A stretch of DNA of 64,000 nt from Actinomycetota bacterium (lineage in GTDB: Bacteria; Actinomycetota; UBA4738; HRBIN12), in the NCBI GenBank assembly GCA_040880745.1, contig JBBDHX010000036.1:8783-72782 (forward strand), in the 5' to 3' direction. Numbering within the stretch: the stretch's first letter is position 1; each line of letters opens with the position of its first letter. A program made the translations under genes and the position numbers. The notes beneath the pieces were generated by a model. The model did not search any database. It was not told the origin of the DNA and saw nothing but the letters and a program-made list of their open reading frames with translations. Below, one piece after another: positions 1 to 9,085 of this stretch.

Positions 1-689
1 CGTGTGAGGTTCATCAAGCCGTCCCCTTCGAGGTCGAAGATGAAGATGTCCGCGCTTGCCTCGTCGCGCGATCCGGTCGCGGAGAATGCTACGCGCCGCC
101 CGTCCGGTGACCAGTCCGGGCCGCTGAGGTACCAGAGGTCATCGTGCAGCGAGCCTCGGACGCTCGTTTCGGCCATGAGATCATCCACCCCCACGATGAC
201 GAGGGTTGGGGTGGAGGGCGGATCGGAAAGGATCGTCGGCGGCTCCAAGAGGGCGATGGCATCGCTGTCGGGGGCCCACGTGGCCTCGCGCACCGCTCCG
301 CTCGCGGGGAGCAGCATCCGGGCGCCAGACCCGTCGATCCGGGCGATCCAGAGCTCCATCGGTCCGGTGGCTCTTCCTCGGTTGAAGACGATGCGTGACC
401 CATCCGGTGACACGGCTGGGCTCTCGATGACTTCGTCCGGCTCGTTCGTGAGAAGTGTCATGTCCTCCGGGCCTGCTCCCCGGGCCAGGGCTTCGGCGGG
501 GACCAGGCAGAGGTGGGTGCCCGGGATCGTGTCGTCGCCGCACGTCGTCACGAGTCCCGTGGCGCCGAACGCGGTGGCACCAGGGCTCTGCGAGTCGCCG
601 GTGAACCGAGAACGCAGCGCGAGTGCACCCGCGACGCTCGCCGTGATCACGACGAGCGAGAGCGCCGACATCTGGATCTTCCGCACCAC
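1..689 (-). CDS. Membrane-anchored TolB/PD40-like beta-propeller protein (C-terminus beyond the left window edge)
   Basis: My own minus-strand translation from GTG 689/686 gives VRKIQMSALSLVVITASVAGALAL (TM). It continues with SPDGSRIVFN, WAPDSDAIAL and WSPDGRRVAFSA, which are PD40/TolB-type repeats. The frame stays open to position 1. It is missing from the ORF track because no stop lies inside the window. Confidence 0.6.
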   Translation of the reverse strand, partial: MVRKIQMSALSLVVITASVAGALALRSRFTGDSQSPGATAFGATGLVTTCGDDTIPGTHLCLVPAEALARGAGPEDMTLLTNEPDEVIESPAVSPDGSRIVFNRGRATGPMELWIARIDGSGARMLLPASGAVREATWAPDSDAIALLEPPTILSDPPSTPTLVIVGVDDLMAETSVRGSLHDDLWYLSGPDWSPDGRRVAFSATGSRDEASADIFIFDLEGDGLMNLT

Positions 690-799
690 GTTACGGCGCG
701 CGCGGCGGCGCGTGTCCTAGCCGGTCACCCGCTCTGGGTCGGGCGCCGCCGCGCGACCCGCCCGCTGCAGTTCGCTCCTGAGCTTCTCGTCGAAACCGG

Positions 800-1324
800 T
801 CATCGATCGGTCGCCTCCTCGAGGTCGTGTTCACCGAGCGCCGCCGCCAGGTGCTTGCGGGCTCGGAACAGCAACGTCTTCACGGTCCCCTCGGAGATGC
901 CGAGCGTCGCAGCGATCCCTGCAACGTCGAGGTCCAGGTAGTACCGCAGCACCGTCACCTCGCGTTCGCGGCGTGGCAGCGTCGCGAGCGCGCGTTCGAT
1001 GTCGATCCCGTCCTCGGGTCCGCTCACGATCGCTGCGGGCGCGAGCCGGTCGCGGGCGTTCTTCTCCACGCGCAGCCGGCGCCACCTGCTGGTCGCCAGG
1101 TTGAGCGCTACACGCGTGACCCACGCAGGGACCGATGCGATGACCTCGCCGCGGTCGCTCCGTTCCCAAGCTCGCGCCAGGGCCTCCGCGACCGCATCCT
1201 CGGCGCCGGCGCGGCTGCCGGCGACCAGGCCGACCGCCGTCACGATCCTCGGATAGTCCGCGGCCAGGAACTCCCGCAGGGCGGTGTCGTCGAAGCGCGC
1301 GGTGTTCGGCATCTCCGACGACAT
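800..1324 (-). CDS. ECF (sigma-70 family) RNA polymerase sigma factor
   Basis: The region 2 and region 4 signatures are visible: AEDAVAEALARAWER, and LPRREREVTVLRYYLDLDVAGIAATLGISEGTVKTLLFRARKHL. The start was trimmed to MSSEMPN. The stop overlaps the next ATG (ATGA). Confidence 0.85.
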   Translation of the reverse strand: MSSEMPNTARFDDTALREFLAADYPRIVTAVGLVAGSRAGAEDAVAEALARAWERSDRGEVIASVPAWVTRVALNLATSRWRRLRVEKNARDRLAPAAIVSGPEDGIDIERALATLPRREREVTVLRYYLDLDVAGIAATLGISEGTVKTLLFRARKHLAAALGEHDLEEATDR

Positions 1325-1374
1325 GACGCTCGAAGCCTCGCACGGGTTGACACGGCCCGGGCCGTGATCCGGCG

Positions 1375-1401
1375 TTAGCACTCCGCCCGAGGGAGTGCTA
1401 G
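1375..1401. promoter_or_regulatory. CIRCE operator (HrcA binding site) upstream of hrcA
   Basis: The site reads TTAGCACTC-cgcccgagg-GAGTGCTAG, a 17/18 match to the consensus TTAGCACTC-N9-GAGTGCTAA. It lies 13 nt upstream of the hrcA start. Confidence 0.9.
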
Positions 1402-1413
1402 TAGCATCGTTCC

Positions 1414-2460
1414 ATGGCCGAAGCCCGTCCCGACCTGGGCCCTCGCAAGGCCGCGGTGCTCCGCGCCGTCGTCGAGACCTACGTCCGCACGAGCGAGCCG
1501 GTGGGTTCGGAAGCCGTGGCCGAGCACGCCGGGCTCGGCGTCTCCAGTGCCACGATCCGCAACGAGATGGCAGCGCTCGAGGAGCTCGGGTACCTCTCGC
1601 ACCCGCACACGAGCGCCGGCAGGATCCCCACGGACATCGGCTATCGCCACTACGTCGACGCCTTGCCGGTCGGAGGCAAGCTCAAAGAAGGCCAGCGCCG
1701 AGAGATCGCAGCGCACTTCGCCGAGGCGATCGTCGATCTCGAAGAAGTGCTGAAGGGCTCCGTGCAACTCCTGAGCCGGCTCACGCAGTACGCGGGGCTC
1801 GCGGTGCCGCCCGGAGCCTCCGAGGAGCAGATCGTCCGCCTCGAGTTGATCGACATGGGGCCCTCGTTGATGGTCTTGGTGGTGGGTCAGCACGGCCGGG
1901 TGGACAAGCAGATCGTGGACCGGCCCGATCAGTTCGATCCGAAGTCGGTGGCGGGGGCGGAGCGCCGCATGCAGGCGATCCGGGGCCAGTCCTATACCGA
2001 CGCGCAGGCGACGCTCCTGCGTCTGGCCGCCGAGGCGCCCGCGAGCGAACACGACCTTCTCCTGGTCGCGGCCGATGTCCTGCGGATCGCGGTCCACGGG
2101 GAGCGCAACGCGCATGTCGTCGTCGGGGGCGTGGCGAACCTCGCGGACGAAACGCAGGCGTGGCGTCGCGCCACCCTGCGCCGTCTCTTCGAGACCCTCG
2201 AACGCGAACAGGATCTGCTCCACGTCCTGCAGGACGTCAGTTCGGATGACGTGCAGGTCACGATCGGCGCCGAGCACCCCACCACGGGGGACTGGGAGGC
2301 CTCGATCGTGACGGCGCCGTTCAAAGCGGGCGATGCCACGGTCGGTACGATCGGCGTCGTCGGGCCGACCCGGATGGACTACCTCTCGGCGATGGCGAGC
2401 GTGCGGGCCGTGGCGGCCCGGCTCACGCAGGCCGCTGCGGAGGCGGACGCAGAACGATGA
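1414..2460 (+). CDS. hrcA: Heat-inducible transcription repressor HrcA
   Basis: The N-terminal wHTH reads [28 protein letters not shown]. The length of 348 aa fits, CIRCE lies upstream and dnaJ downstream with an ATGA overlap. Confidence 0.93.
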   Translation: MAEARPDLGPRKAAVLRAVVETYVRTSEPVGSEAVAEHAGLGVSSATIRNEMAALEELGYLSHPHTSAGRIPTDIGYRHYVDALPVGGKLKEGQRREIAAHFAEAIVDLEEVLKGSVQLLSRLTQYAGLAVPPGASEEQIVRLELIDMGPSLMVLVVGQHGRVDKQIVDRPDQFDPKSVAGAERRMQAIRGQSYTDAQATLLRLAAEAPASEHDLLLVAADVLRIAVHGERNAHVVVGGVANLADETQAWRRATLRRLFETLEREQDLLHVLQDVSSDDVQVTIGAEHPTTGDWEASIVTAPFKAGDATVGTIGVVGPTRMDYLSAMASVRAVAARLTQAAAEADAER

Positions 2461-3545
2461 GCACCGCGCGCGATCTGTACGAGGTCCTCGGCGTGGAGCG
2501 CGGCGCCTCGGGCGAGGACATCAAGAAGGCCTACCGAAGGCTCGCGCGCGAGCACCATCCCGACGTCAACGGCGACCCGACGGCCGAGGAGCGGTTCAAG
2601 GAGGTCGCCGGCGCCTACGAGATCTTGTCCGATGCGAGCCGGCGTGCACGCTATGACGCGATGGGCTCGGCGGGGGCGGGCCAGCCCATCACCGACCTAT
2701 CGGACATCTTCGAGATGTTCTTCGGGTCCGGTGGGTTCGGTGCGGGACGTTCGCGCGGCCCCCGATCCCGGATGCGCGAGGGGGACGATATCGCCGTACG
2801 GCTCGATCTCACGTTCGAGGACGCGGCGTTCGGGGTGCGACACGACCTCGCCGTGGAGCGCCTGGCCGTGTGTGAACGCTGCATCGGCAACGGTGCCGAG
2901 CCGGGCACCGCGCCGATCTCGTGCCGGACGTGCAACGGGCGCGGCGAGGTGCAGGCGATGCGCCGCAGCGTCTTCGGGACGTTGATGACGAGCGCTCCCT
3001 GCCAGACGTGTGGGGGAGCGGGCCAGGAGATCCCCGACCCGTGTTCGGCCTGTCTGGGTCACGGCCGGGTCCGGCGCCGCGTCGAGGTTCCGGTGGAGAT
3101 CCCGGCGGGGGTCTCCGATGGGATGGAACTGCGAGTCCAGGGCGCGGGACATGCGGGCGTGGCCGGCGGACCGTCGGGGGACCTCTTCGTGCGTCTGGTG
3201 GCGGAGGACTCGCCGGTGTTCGAACGCCGCGGCCAGGACCTGTTCACTGTGCTCGACGTGACCGTGACGCAGGCGACCTTGGGGTCGGCGGTGCAGGTGG
3301 ATGGTCTCGAAGGCCCCGAGACGGTGAAGGTGGAGCCGGGCACCGAGTCGGGGACGGTCATCCGCCTCAGCGGCCGGGGCGTCCCCAACCTGCAGCGGCG
3401 TGGCCGCGGTGACCTCTTCGTGACCCTGCACGTGGTCACGCCGAGCGACCTGTCGAAAGAGGAACGGGTGCTGTACGAGCGGTTGGCCGAACTCCACGGC
3501 GAGCGGCGTCAGGTAGCCGGTACGTTGCGGCGCCCCTCGCACTAG
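2457..3545 (+). CDS. dnaJ: Molecular chaperone DnaJ
   Basis: The J domain reads [32 protein letters not shown] Gly/Phe-rich region follows, and then four CxxCxGxG zinc-finger motifs. Confidence 0.95.
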   Translation: MSTARDLYEVLGVERGASGEDIKKAYRRLAREHHPDVNGDPTAEERFKEVAGAYEILSDASRRARYDAMGSAGAGQPITDLSDIFEMFFGSGGFGAGRSRGPRSRMREGDDIAVRLDLTFEDAAFGVRHDLAVERLAVCERCIGNGAEPGTAPISCRTCNGRGEVQAMRRSVFGTLMTSAPCQTCGGAGQEIPDPCSACLGHGRVRRRVEVPVEIPAGVSDGMELRVQGAGHAGVAGGPSGDLFVRLVAEDSPVFERRGQDLFTVLDVTVTQATLGSAVQVDGLEGPETVKVEPGTESGTVIRLSGRGVPNLQRRGRGDLFVTLHVVTPSDLSKEERVLYERLAELHGERRQVAGTLRRPSH

Positions 3546-3555
3546 GCTCGCGTCC

Positions 3556-3906
3556 ATGGCCGATACCTCCTGCCTGTTCTGCAAGATCGTGGCCGGCGAG
3601 ATCTCCGCGGACGTGCTCCGCGAGACCGACCGCACGGTCGCCTTCCGCGACATCGACCCGAAGGCGCCGACCCACATCCTGCTGATCCCGAAGGAGCACA
3701 TCCCCTCGGTGGCCGATCTGGAGAGCGGTCACGGTGACCTGCTGGCCGACCTGATGCAGTCCGCTGCGCACCTGGCGCACGCCGAAGGCATCGATGAGAG
3801 CGGGTGGCGTTTGGTCACGAACGTGGGCACCGGCGCGGGCCAATCGGTGTTCCACCTGCACTTCCACCTGTTGGGTGGGCGGCCGATGACCTGGCCTCCG
3901 GGCTGA
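3556..3906 (+). CDS. HIT family (histidine triad) protein
   Basis: The N-terminus reads CLFCKIVAGEI and the C-terminus carries the HLHFHLLGG histidine triad. Length is 116 aa. Confidence 0.9.
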   Translation: MADTSCLFCKIVAGEISADVLRETDRTVAFRDIDPKAPTHILLIPKEHIPSVADLESGHGDLLADLMQSAAHLAHAEGIDESGWRLVTNVGTGAGQSVFHLHFHLLGGRPMTWPPG

Positions 3907-4018
3907 GGGGTCGGGTACGATACGGCCACGCCGTCCATCGGACGGCTTCATCGTTCTCGAGCAGGAGGGAACGGGGCCAAGCCCCGGATCGCGGAACCTG
4001 GCGACAGCCACCACGCAC

Positions 4019-6082
4019 GTGAAGATCCTCGTCCCCGGCCACCAGTCGATGGTGGCGCTGCTGGGCCAGCGCGACTCGTTCTTGAAACTGATCGAGGCGG
4101 GCTTCTCCGCGGACATCCTCGTCCGCGGGAACGAGATCATGATCTCAGGCTCGCCCGAGGAGACCGAGCGCGCCTCACGCATCTTCGAGGAACTCCTGGA
4201 GCTGCTCGAGCGTGGGAACGAGCTCTCCGAGGATTCCGTCGGGCACGCGATCCAGATGGTGCTCGGCGCGGTCGCCATGGCGGGCGAACCGATCCCCACC
4301 GCCTCGCAGGTGCTCGGTGACCAACTCCTGTCCAACCGCGGCAAGAAGATCGCGCCGAAGACGGTGGGGCAGAAGCGCTACGTCGACGCGATCCGCTCGA
4401 ACACCGTGACCTTCGCGATCGGTCCTGCGGGAACAGGGAAGACCTACCTGGCCGTCGCGGTCGCCGTGCGCGCCCTGCAGGAGCGACAGGTCTCACGCCT
4501 GATCTTGACCCGTCCCGCGGTGGAGGCCGGCGAGCGTCTCGGGTTCTTACCGGGGACGCTCTACGAGAAGATCGACCCGTACATGCGTCCGCTCTACGAC
4601 GCGCTCTACGAGATGACGGGGCCCGATACGCTCCCGCGCCTGATGGAGCGGGGCGTCGTCGAGGTGGCACCCCTGGCCTATATGCGAGGCCGCGCTCAGC
4701 CGGTCGATGCCCCCGTCTTGACGCCCGACGGGTTCCGCCCCATCGGGGAGCTCGAGGTCGGGGATCTCGTCGTGTCATCGGAAGGTAGTCCCACGTCCGT
4801 GTTGGGCGTTTTCCGTCAGGGCCGCAAGGAGATCTTCCGCGTCCGGACGCAAGACGGCGCGTCGGCCCTATGCTGTGCTGAGCATCTCTGGTCGGTTTCA
4901 ACGGCGGATGACCGGCGAGCTGGGCGGTCGAACCGGGTCCTGGAGACGCGTCAGATGGCAGGGCGGCTCCGCGCCTCACACCGGCACCGCTATGAGCTGC
5001 CACTCGTATCGGCTCCTGTCGCCTTCCCTCCTGCCCCGGTGCCGATGGACCCCTACGCAGTTGGACTGCTACTGGGCGATGGCTGCATCACAACCTCTAC
5101 GACCCCGTCCTTCACGACGAGTGATCCCGAGCTGGCCCTCGCCTTGGAGATGGCTCTGAGCGGCGAAGGCATCGAGTTGGTGCGCAAGGGGACCTACGAC
5201 TTCACGCTGCGTAACCGGATGGGCGGGCGTGGAGGTGTGATCGTCGAGAACCCGGTGACCGGGGTTCTGCGCTCGCTCGGGCTAGCGGGCGCCAGATCCA
5301 ACACCAAGTTCGTGCCGGAGGTCTATCTGAACAACTCGTGGGACGTGCGTCTTGCTCTCCTCCAGGGACTCCTCGACACGGACGGAGGGCCAGTCACCCA
5401 GCCACGCCGCACGTGCCGGATCCAGTACACGACCACATCCCCCAGGCTGCGCGACGATGTCTTGTTCCTGGTGCGGTCGCTCGGTGGTGTCGCCTACGTT
5501 CGTACCCGAGCAAGCGAGGGCCGGCGCCCAGGTTTCGCCTCTCAGCGGCCGGTCACCCACCGCCACGATGCGTTCATCCTGGATATCCGCCTGCCTCAGG
5601 GGCTCGCGCCGTTTCGGCTCACCAGGAAGGCCGCCACGTACCTGGTGTTCGGTGGTGGTGGTCGCCCCAAGCGGTTCATCGACTCGATCGAACCAGCCGG
5701 GGAGGCAGAGACGGTGTGCATCCAGGTTGCCTCGGACGACTCGCTGTACGTCACCGAGGACTTCTTGGTCACGCACAACACCCTGAACGACGCCTTCATC
5801 ATCCTGGACGAGGCGCAGAACACCACGCCCGAGCAGATGAAGATGTTCCTCACGAGGCTCGGGTTCGGGTCCAAGGCCGTCGTGAACGGGGACTCGACCC
5901 AGGTCGACCTGCCCAGCGGGCAACGCAGCGGCCTGCACGTGGTCGAGGAGATCCTGCACGACATCGAGGACCTCACGTTCGTGCACCTGGACGGCAAGGA
6001 CGTCGTCCGCCACGAGATCGTGCAGCACATCGTCGAGGCGTACGGGCGCTTCGGACAGCAGCGCCTCGACGCGGATGCGTAG
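4019..6082 (+). CDS. phoH: PhoH-like ATPase interrupted by an in-frame intein
   Basis: Walker A is GPAGTGKTYLAV and Walker B is AFIILDEAQNTT. The junction AYMRGR / TLNDAF, which I recall as contiguous in ordinary PhoH, is separated here by 362 aa. The exteins total 325 aa, a typical PhoH length. Confidence 0.9.
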   Translation: MKILVPGHQSMVALLGQRDSFLKLIEAGFSADILVRGNEIMISGSPEETERASRIFEELLELLERGNELSEDSVGHAIQMVLGAVAMAGEPIPTASQVLGDQLLSNRGKKIAPKTVGQKRYVDAIRSNTVTFAIGPAGTGKTYLAVAVAVRALQERQVSRLILTRPAVEAGERLGFLPGTLYEKIDPYMRPLYDALYEMTGPDTLPRLMERGVVEVAPLAYMRGRAQPVDAPVLTPDGFRPIGELEVGDLVVSSEGSPTSVLGVFRQGRKEIFRVRTQDGASALCCAEHLWSVSTADDRRAGRSNRVLETRQMAGRLRASHRHRYELPLVSAPVAFPPAPVPMDPYAVGLLLGDGCITTSTTPSFTTSDPELALALEMALSGEGIELVRKGTYDFTLRNRMGGRGGVIVENPVTGVLRSLGLAGARSNTKFVPEVYLNNSWDVRLALLQGLLDTDGGPVTQPRRTCRIQYTTTSPRLRDDVLFLVRSLGGVAYVRTRASEGRRPGFASQRPVTHRHDAFILDIRLPQGLAPFRLTRKAATYLVFGGGGRPKRFIDSIEPAGEAETVCIQVASDDSLYVTEDFLVTHNTLNDAFIILDEAQNTTPEQMKMFLTRLGFGSKAVVNGDSTQVDLPSGQRSGLHVVEEILHDIEDLTFVHLDGKDVVRHEIVQHIVEAYGRFGQQRLDADA
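4694..5779 (+). mobile_element. Intein (HINT domain plus LAGLIDADG homing-endonuclease domain) inside phoH, with class 3-like WCT signature
   Basis: The insert starts AQPVDAPVLTPDGF and ends LVTHN, followed by Thr at +1. Block B is CAEHLW, block F is ETVCIQV and block G is VTHN. The LAGLIDADG motifs are DPYAVGLLLGDG and LLQGLLDTDGG. Confidence 0.8.
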
Positions 6083-6530
6083 CGCCATGGACGTCCCCGA
6101 ACCCGGCGGCCTCCCGGCCGTCCTCGTCTCGGATCGACAAGACCTGCCCGTGGATGCCTCCGGGCTCGCGGCGCTTGCGCGTAGCACCCTGGTGGGCGAA
6201 GGTCTCGTCGACGTGGAGCTTTCCGTGTCCTTCGTGGACGAAGCTGAGATCACCGACCTGCACGTCCGGTACCTGGACGAGCCGGGTCCGACCGACGTGC
6301 TGTCGTTCCCCCAGGACGATGACGACGCAGACGGCGTCCGCATCCTGGGCGACGTCGTGATCTGCCCGGCCGTCGCGGGGCGGAACGCGCCCGGTGACCC
6401 TGCCGCCGAACTCCGGCTCCTGCTCGTGCACGGGATCCTGCATCTGCTCGGCTACGACCATGAGGAGGATGCCGAGAAGGCCCGGATGTGGGCACGCCAG
6501 GAGCTCTACAGCGGGGTCAGTGCACCGTGA
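6075..6530 (+). CDS. ybeY: rRNA maturation endoribonuclease YbeY
   Basis: The metal-binding motif HGILHLLGYDH is present. Length is 151 aa and the gene sits in the conserved position after phoH. Confidence 0.92.
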   Translation: MRSAMDVPEPGGLPAVLVSDRQDLPVDASGLAALARSTLVGEGLVDVELSVSFVDEAEITDLHVRYLDEPGPTDVLSFPQDDDDADGVRILGDVVICPAVAGRNAPGDPAAELRLLLVHGILHLLGYDHEEDAEKARMWARQELYSGVSAP

Positions 6531-7801
6531 TCTGGGGGTGGGCACTGGCCGGTGTTCTCGTGCTGCTGGGGTCGGTGCTGGCGATGGCCGAGTCCTCCCT
6601 GACCCGTATGACGCGGATCCGTGCCCTGGCGCTGCACGAAGAGGGCCGCCGCAACGCGCAGTTGCTCGTTCGTCTCGAATCGGACCCGCCCCGGTACCTC
6701 AACTCGATCTATCTCTGCGTGATGATCGTGCAGAACGGCTCGGCGATCCTCGTGGCCCTGCTGGCCGAGCAGACCTGGGGAAGCCCGTGGGTCACCGTCG
6801 TGTCGCTCGCCTTCACGCTCGTGTACTTCGTGGTCGTCGAGGCGATGGCGAAGACCATCGGCATCGAGCGCGCCGACGGGGTCGCGCTCCTGCTCGCGCC
6901 CGTCGTGTTCGCCCTGGGCCGGCTGTTCGCCTATCCGACCCGGCTGCTGATCGGCCTGGCCAACGTGCTGCTGCCCGGCAAGGGGTTGCGCGAGGGGCCG
7001 TTCGTGTCCGAGATCGACATCCGCTCGATGGCGTCGGTGGGTCACGAGGAAGGCTCGATCGAGGAGGACGAGAAAGAGTTGATCCACTCGATCTTCGAGT
7101 TCGGCGACACGATCGTGCGTGAGGTCATGGTGCCGAGGCCCGACATCATCGCCATCGAGGACACGCAGACCCTGCACGACGCCCAAGCGCTGATGCTGGA
7201 GCACGGGTACTCGCGGATCCCGGTCTTCCACGAGGACCTGGACGATGTGACGGGCGTCGTGTTCGCGAAGGACGTGTTGAGATCGATGCATCACGACGAG
7301 GAGGAGATGCCGCTCTCGCAGGTGGCGCGCCAGGCTCGGTTCGTCCCCGAATCCAAGAAGGTCGCCGATCTGTTGAAGGAGATGCAGCGCGAGAAGTTCC
7401 ATCAGGCGATGGTGACCGATGAGTACGGGTCGGCCACCGGGATCGTGTCGCTGGAGGACCTGCTCGAGGAGCTGGTCGGCGAGATCGCCGACGAGTACGA
7501 CGTGGAGGAGCCCGAGATCGTCCCTGTCGGTGACGGGGTGTTCCGGGTCTCCGGCAAGACGTCGATCGATGACCTCAACGATGCGCTCGAGGCCGATCTG
7601 CCCGACGAGGAGTGGGACACCATCGCGGGACTCGTGCTCGACGTGTTCGGCAAGATCCCGGACGAGGGCGAGGAGTGCCGGTTCGACGGATGGTCGTTCA
7701 CAGCCGAGAAGATCACTGGCCGCCGGATCGCGACGGTGCTGATCAGCCGCGCTCACGCCGAAGAGGACAGCGACGAGGACGACGTCTCCGACGATGGATG
7801 A
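6527..7801 (+). CDS. Hemolysin-family / CNNM (DUF21)-CBS-CorC_HlyC membrane protein
   Basis: The N-terminal region is multi-TM. A CBS pair follows (VREVMVPRPDI, GYSRIPVF), and the C-terminal transporter-associated domain. The start was set at GTG 6527, which overlaps the ybeY stop (GTGA). The track ORF starts at 6488. Confidence 0.85.
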   Translation: MIWGWALAGVLVLLGSVLAMAESSLTRMTRIRALALHEEGRRNAQLLVRLESDPPRYLNSIYLCVMIVQNGSAILVALLAEQTWGSPWVTVVSLAFTLVYFVVVEAMAKTIGIERADGVALLLAPVVFALGRLFAYPTRLLIGLANVLLPGKGLREGPFVSEIDIRSMASVGHEEGSIEEDEKELIHSIFEFGDTIVREVMVPRPDIIAIEDTQTLHDAQALMLEHGYSRIPVFHEDLDDVTGVVFAKDVLRSMHHDEEEMPLSQVARQARFVPESKKVADLLKEMQREKFHQAMVTDEYGSATGIVSLEDLLEELVGEIADEYDVEEPEIVPVGDGVFRVSGKTSIDDLNDALEADLPDEEWDTIAGLVLDVFGKIPDEGEECRFDGWSFTAEKITGRRIATVLISRAHAEEDSDEDDVSDDG

Positions 7802-8207
7802 ACCCGCGCTCGCGCAGATCGCGGAGCTCGTGGCCGCCGCGCGCGAGGCGATGGGCCGGGCCTATGCGCCGTACTCGGGATTCTCCGTCGGTGCCGCGGT
7901 GATAGCGGGCGGCCGCATCTTCACCGGGCAGAACATCGAGAACGCCTCCTACCCCGTCTCGGTCTGTGCCGAGCGCAACGCCGTGGGGGCCATGATCGAC
8001 GCGGGGGAGCGGGACCTGCAGGCGGTCGCCGTCGTGACGGCGGCGCCGGCGCCCACACCGCCGTGCGGCGCCTGCCGCCAGGTCTTGTGGGAGTTCGGGC
8101 CGGGTTCGACGGTGATCGCCGAAACCACCGGGGGGGTCCGGCTCACGTGGGCGCTCGAGGACCTGCTTCCGGCCGCGTTCGGTCCACACGATCTGCAGGG
8201 CCGATGA
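7794..8207 (+). CDS. cdd: Cytidine deaminase
   Basis: The zinc-binding motifs CAERNA and PCGACRQ are present. Length is 137 aa. Confidence 0.9.
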   Translation: MDEPALAQIAELVAAAREAMGRAYAPYSGFSVGAAVIAGGRIFTGQNIENASYPVSVCAERNAVGAMIDAGERDLQAVAVVTAAPAPTPPCGACRQVLWEFGPGSTVIAETTGGVRLTWALEDLLPAAFGPHDLQGR

Positions 8208-9085
8208 CGTTCCGCAGCGGGATGGTCGCCGTGGTGGGGCGGCCCAACGTCGGCAAGTCCACCCTGGTGAATGGCTTGGTCGGGGCGAAGGTCGCGATCG
8301 TCTCGGACAAGCCGCAGACCACGCGCCGGGACATCAACGCCGTCTGGACCACCGAGGATGCCCAGGTCGTCTTCACGGATACACCGGGCTTCCACAAGCC
8401 GACCACGCTGTTGGGCTCGCGGTTGAACGCGCTCGTCGGTGACGCCGTCGCAGGTGTCGACCTGGTGCTACACGTCGTGGACGCCGACGCCGGGATCGGC
8501 CGCGGCGATGCCTTCGTCTACGAACGCAAGGTTCGCCCCACCGGAGCGCCCGCGATCTGCGTCGTGAACAAGATCGATCGGCTCCAGAACCACCGCGAGA
8601 TCCCGCAGTTGGCGGCTGCCGCCGAGATGGGTGCCTACGCCGAGGTCGTGCCCGTCTCCGCGAAGCTCGGCAAGGGCGTCGGGTACCTGCGCGACCTGAT
8701 CGTGGAGCGGATGCCCGAGGGGCCGAAGCTGTACCCCGACGCCGAGGTGACCGACCAGCCGCTGGACGTGCGCCTGGCCGAGATGGTCCGGGAGAAGGCG
8801 CTGGCGGTGACCCATCAGGAGGTGCCTCACTCGATCGCGGTGGTGGTCGAGGAGATGGAGGTGACCGAGGGGCTCACGAAGATCCACGCCTCGCTGATCG
8901 TCGAGCGGGAGTCGCAGAAGGGGATCGTGATCGGCAAGGGCGGGCAGACGCTCAAGATCATCGGCTCGCGGGCGCGCGAGGAGATGGAACTCCTGCTCGG
9001 GGTCAAGGTCTTCCTCGACCTGCACGTGAAGGTGCTCAAGGAGTGGCAGCGGGACCCGCGTCACCTCGAGCGCCTGGGGTTCTAG
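8204..9085 (+). CDS. era: GTPase Era
   Basis: G1 is GRPNVGKSTL, and DTPG and NKID follow. A C-terminal KH domain is present. The start was trimmed to the ATG that overlaps the cdd stop (ATGA); the track ORF begins at 8063. Confidence 0.93.
   Translation: MTFRSGMVAVVGRPNVGKSTLVNGLVGAKVAIVSDKPQTTRRDINAVWTTEDAQVVFTDTPGFHKPTTLLGSRLNALVGDAVAGVDLVLHVVDADAGIGRGDAFVYERKVRPTGAPAICVVNKIDRLQNHREIPQLAAAAEMGAYAEVVPVSAKLGKGVGYLRDLIVERMPEGPKLYPDAEVTDQPLDVRLAEMVREKALAVTHQEVPHSIAVVVEEMEVTEGLTKIHASLIVERESQKGIVIGKGGQTLKIIGSRAREEMELLLGVKVFLDLHVKVLKEWQRDPRHLERLGF

Noticed and set aside
4-720. 238-aa plus-strand ORF at the left edge
   Set aside because: It is antisense to a minus-strand frame that gives a TM helix and clear PD40/TolB-type repeats. 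Its own translation is low-complexity and Ser/Arg/Ala-rich, with no recognisable motif.
1345-1410. Sigma-70 type promoter for hrcA (a TTGACA lies at about 1346)
   Set aside because: No acceptable -10 hexamer lies at the proper spacing, so only the CIRCE element is reported.
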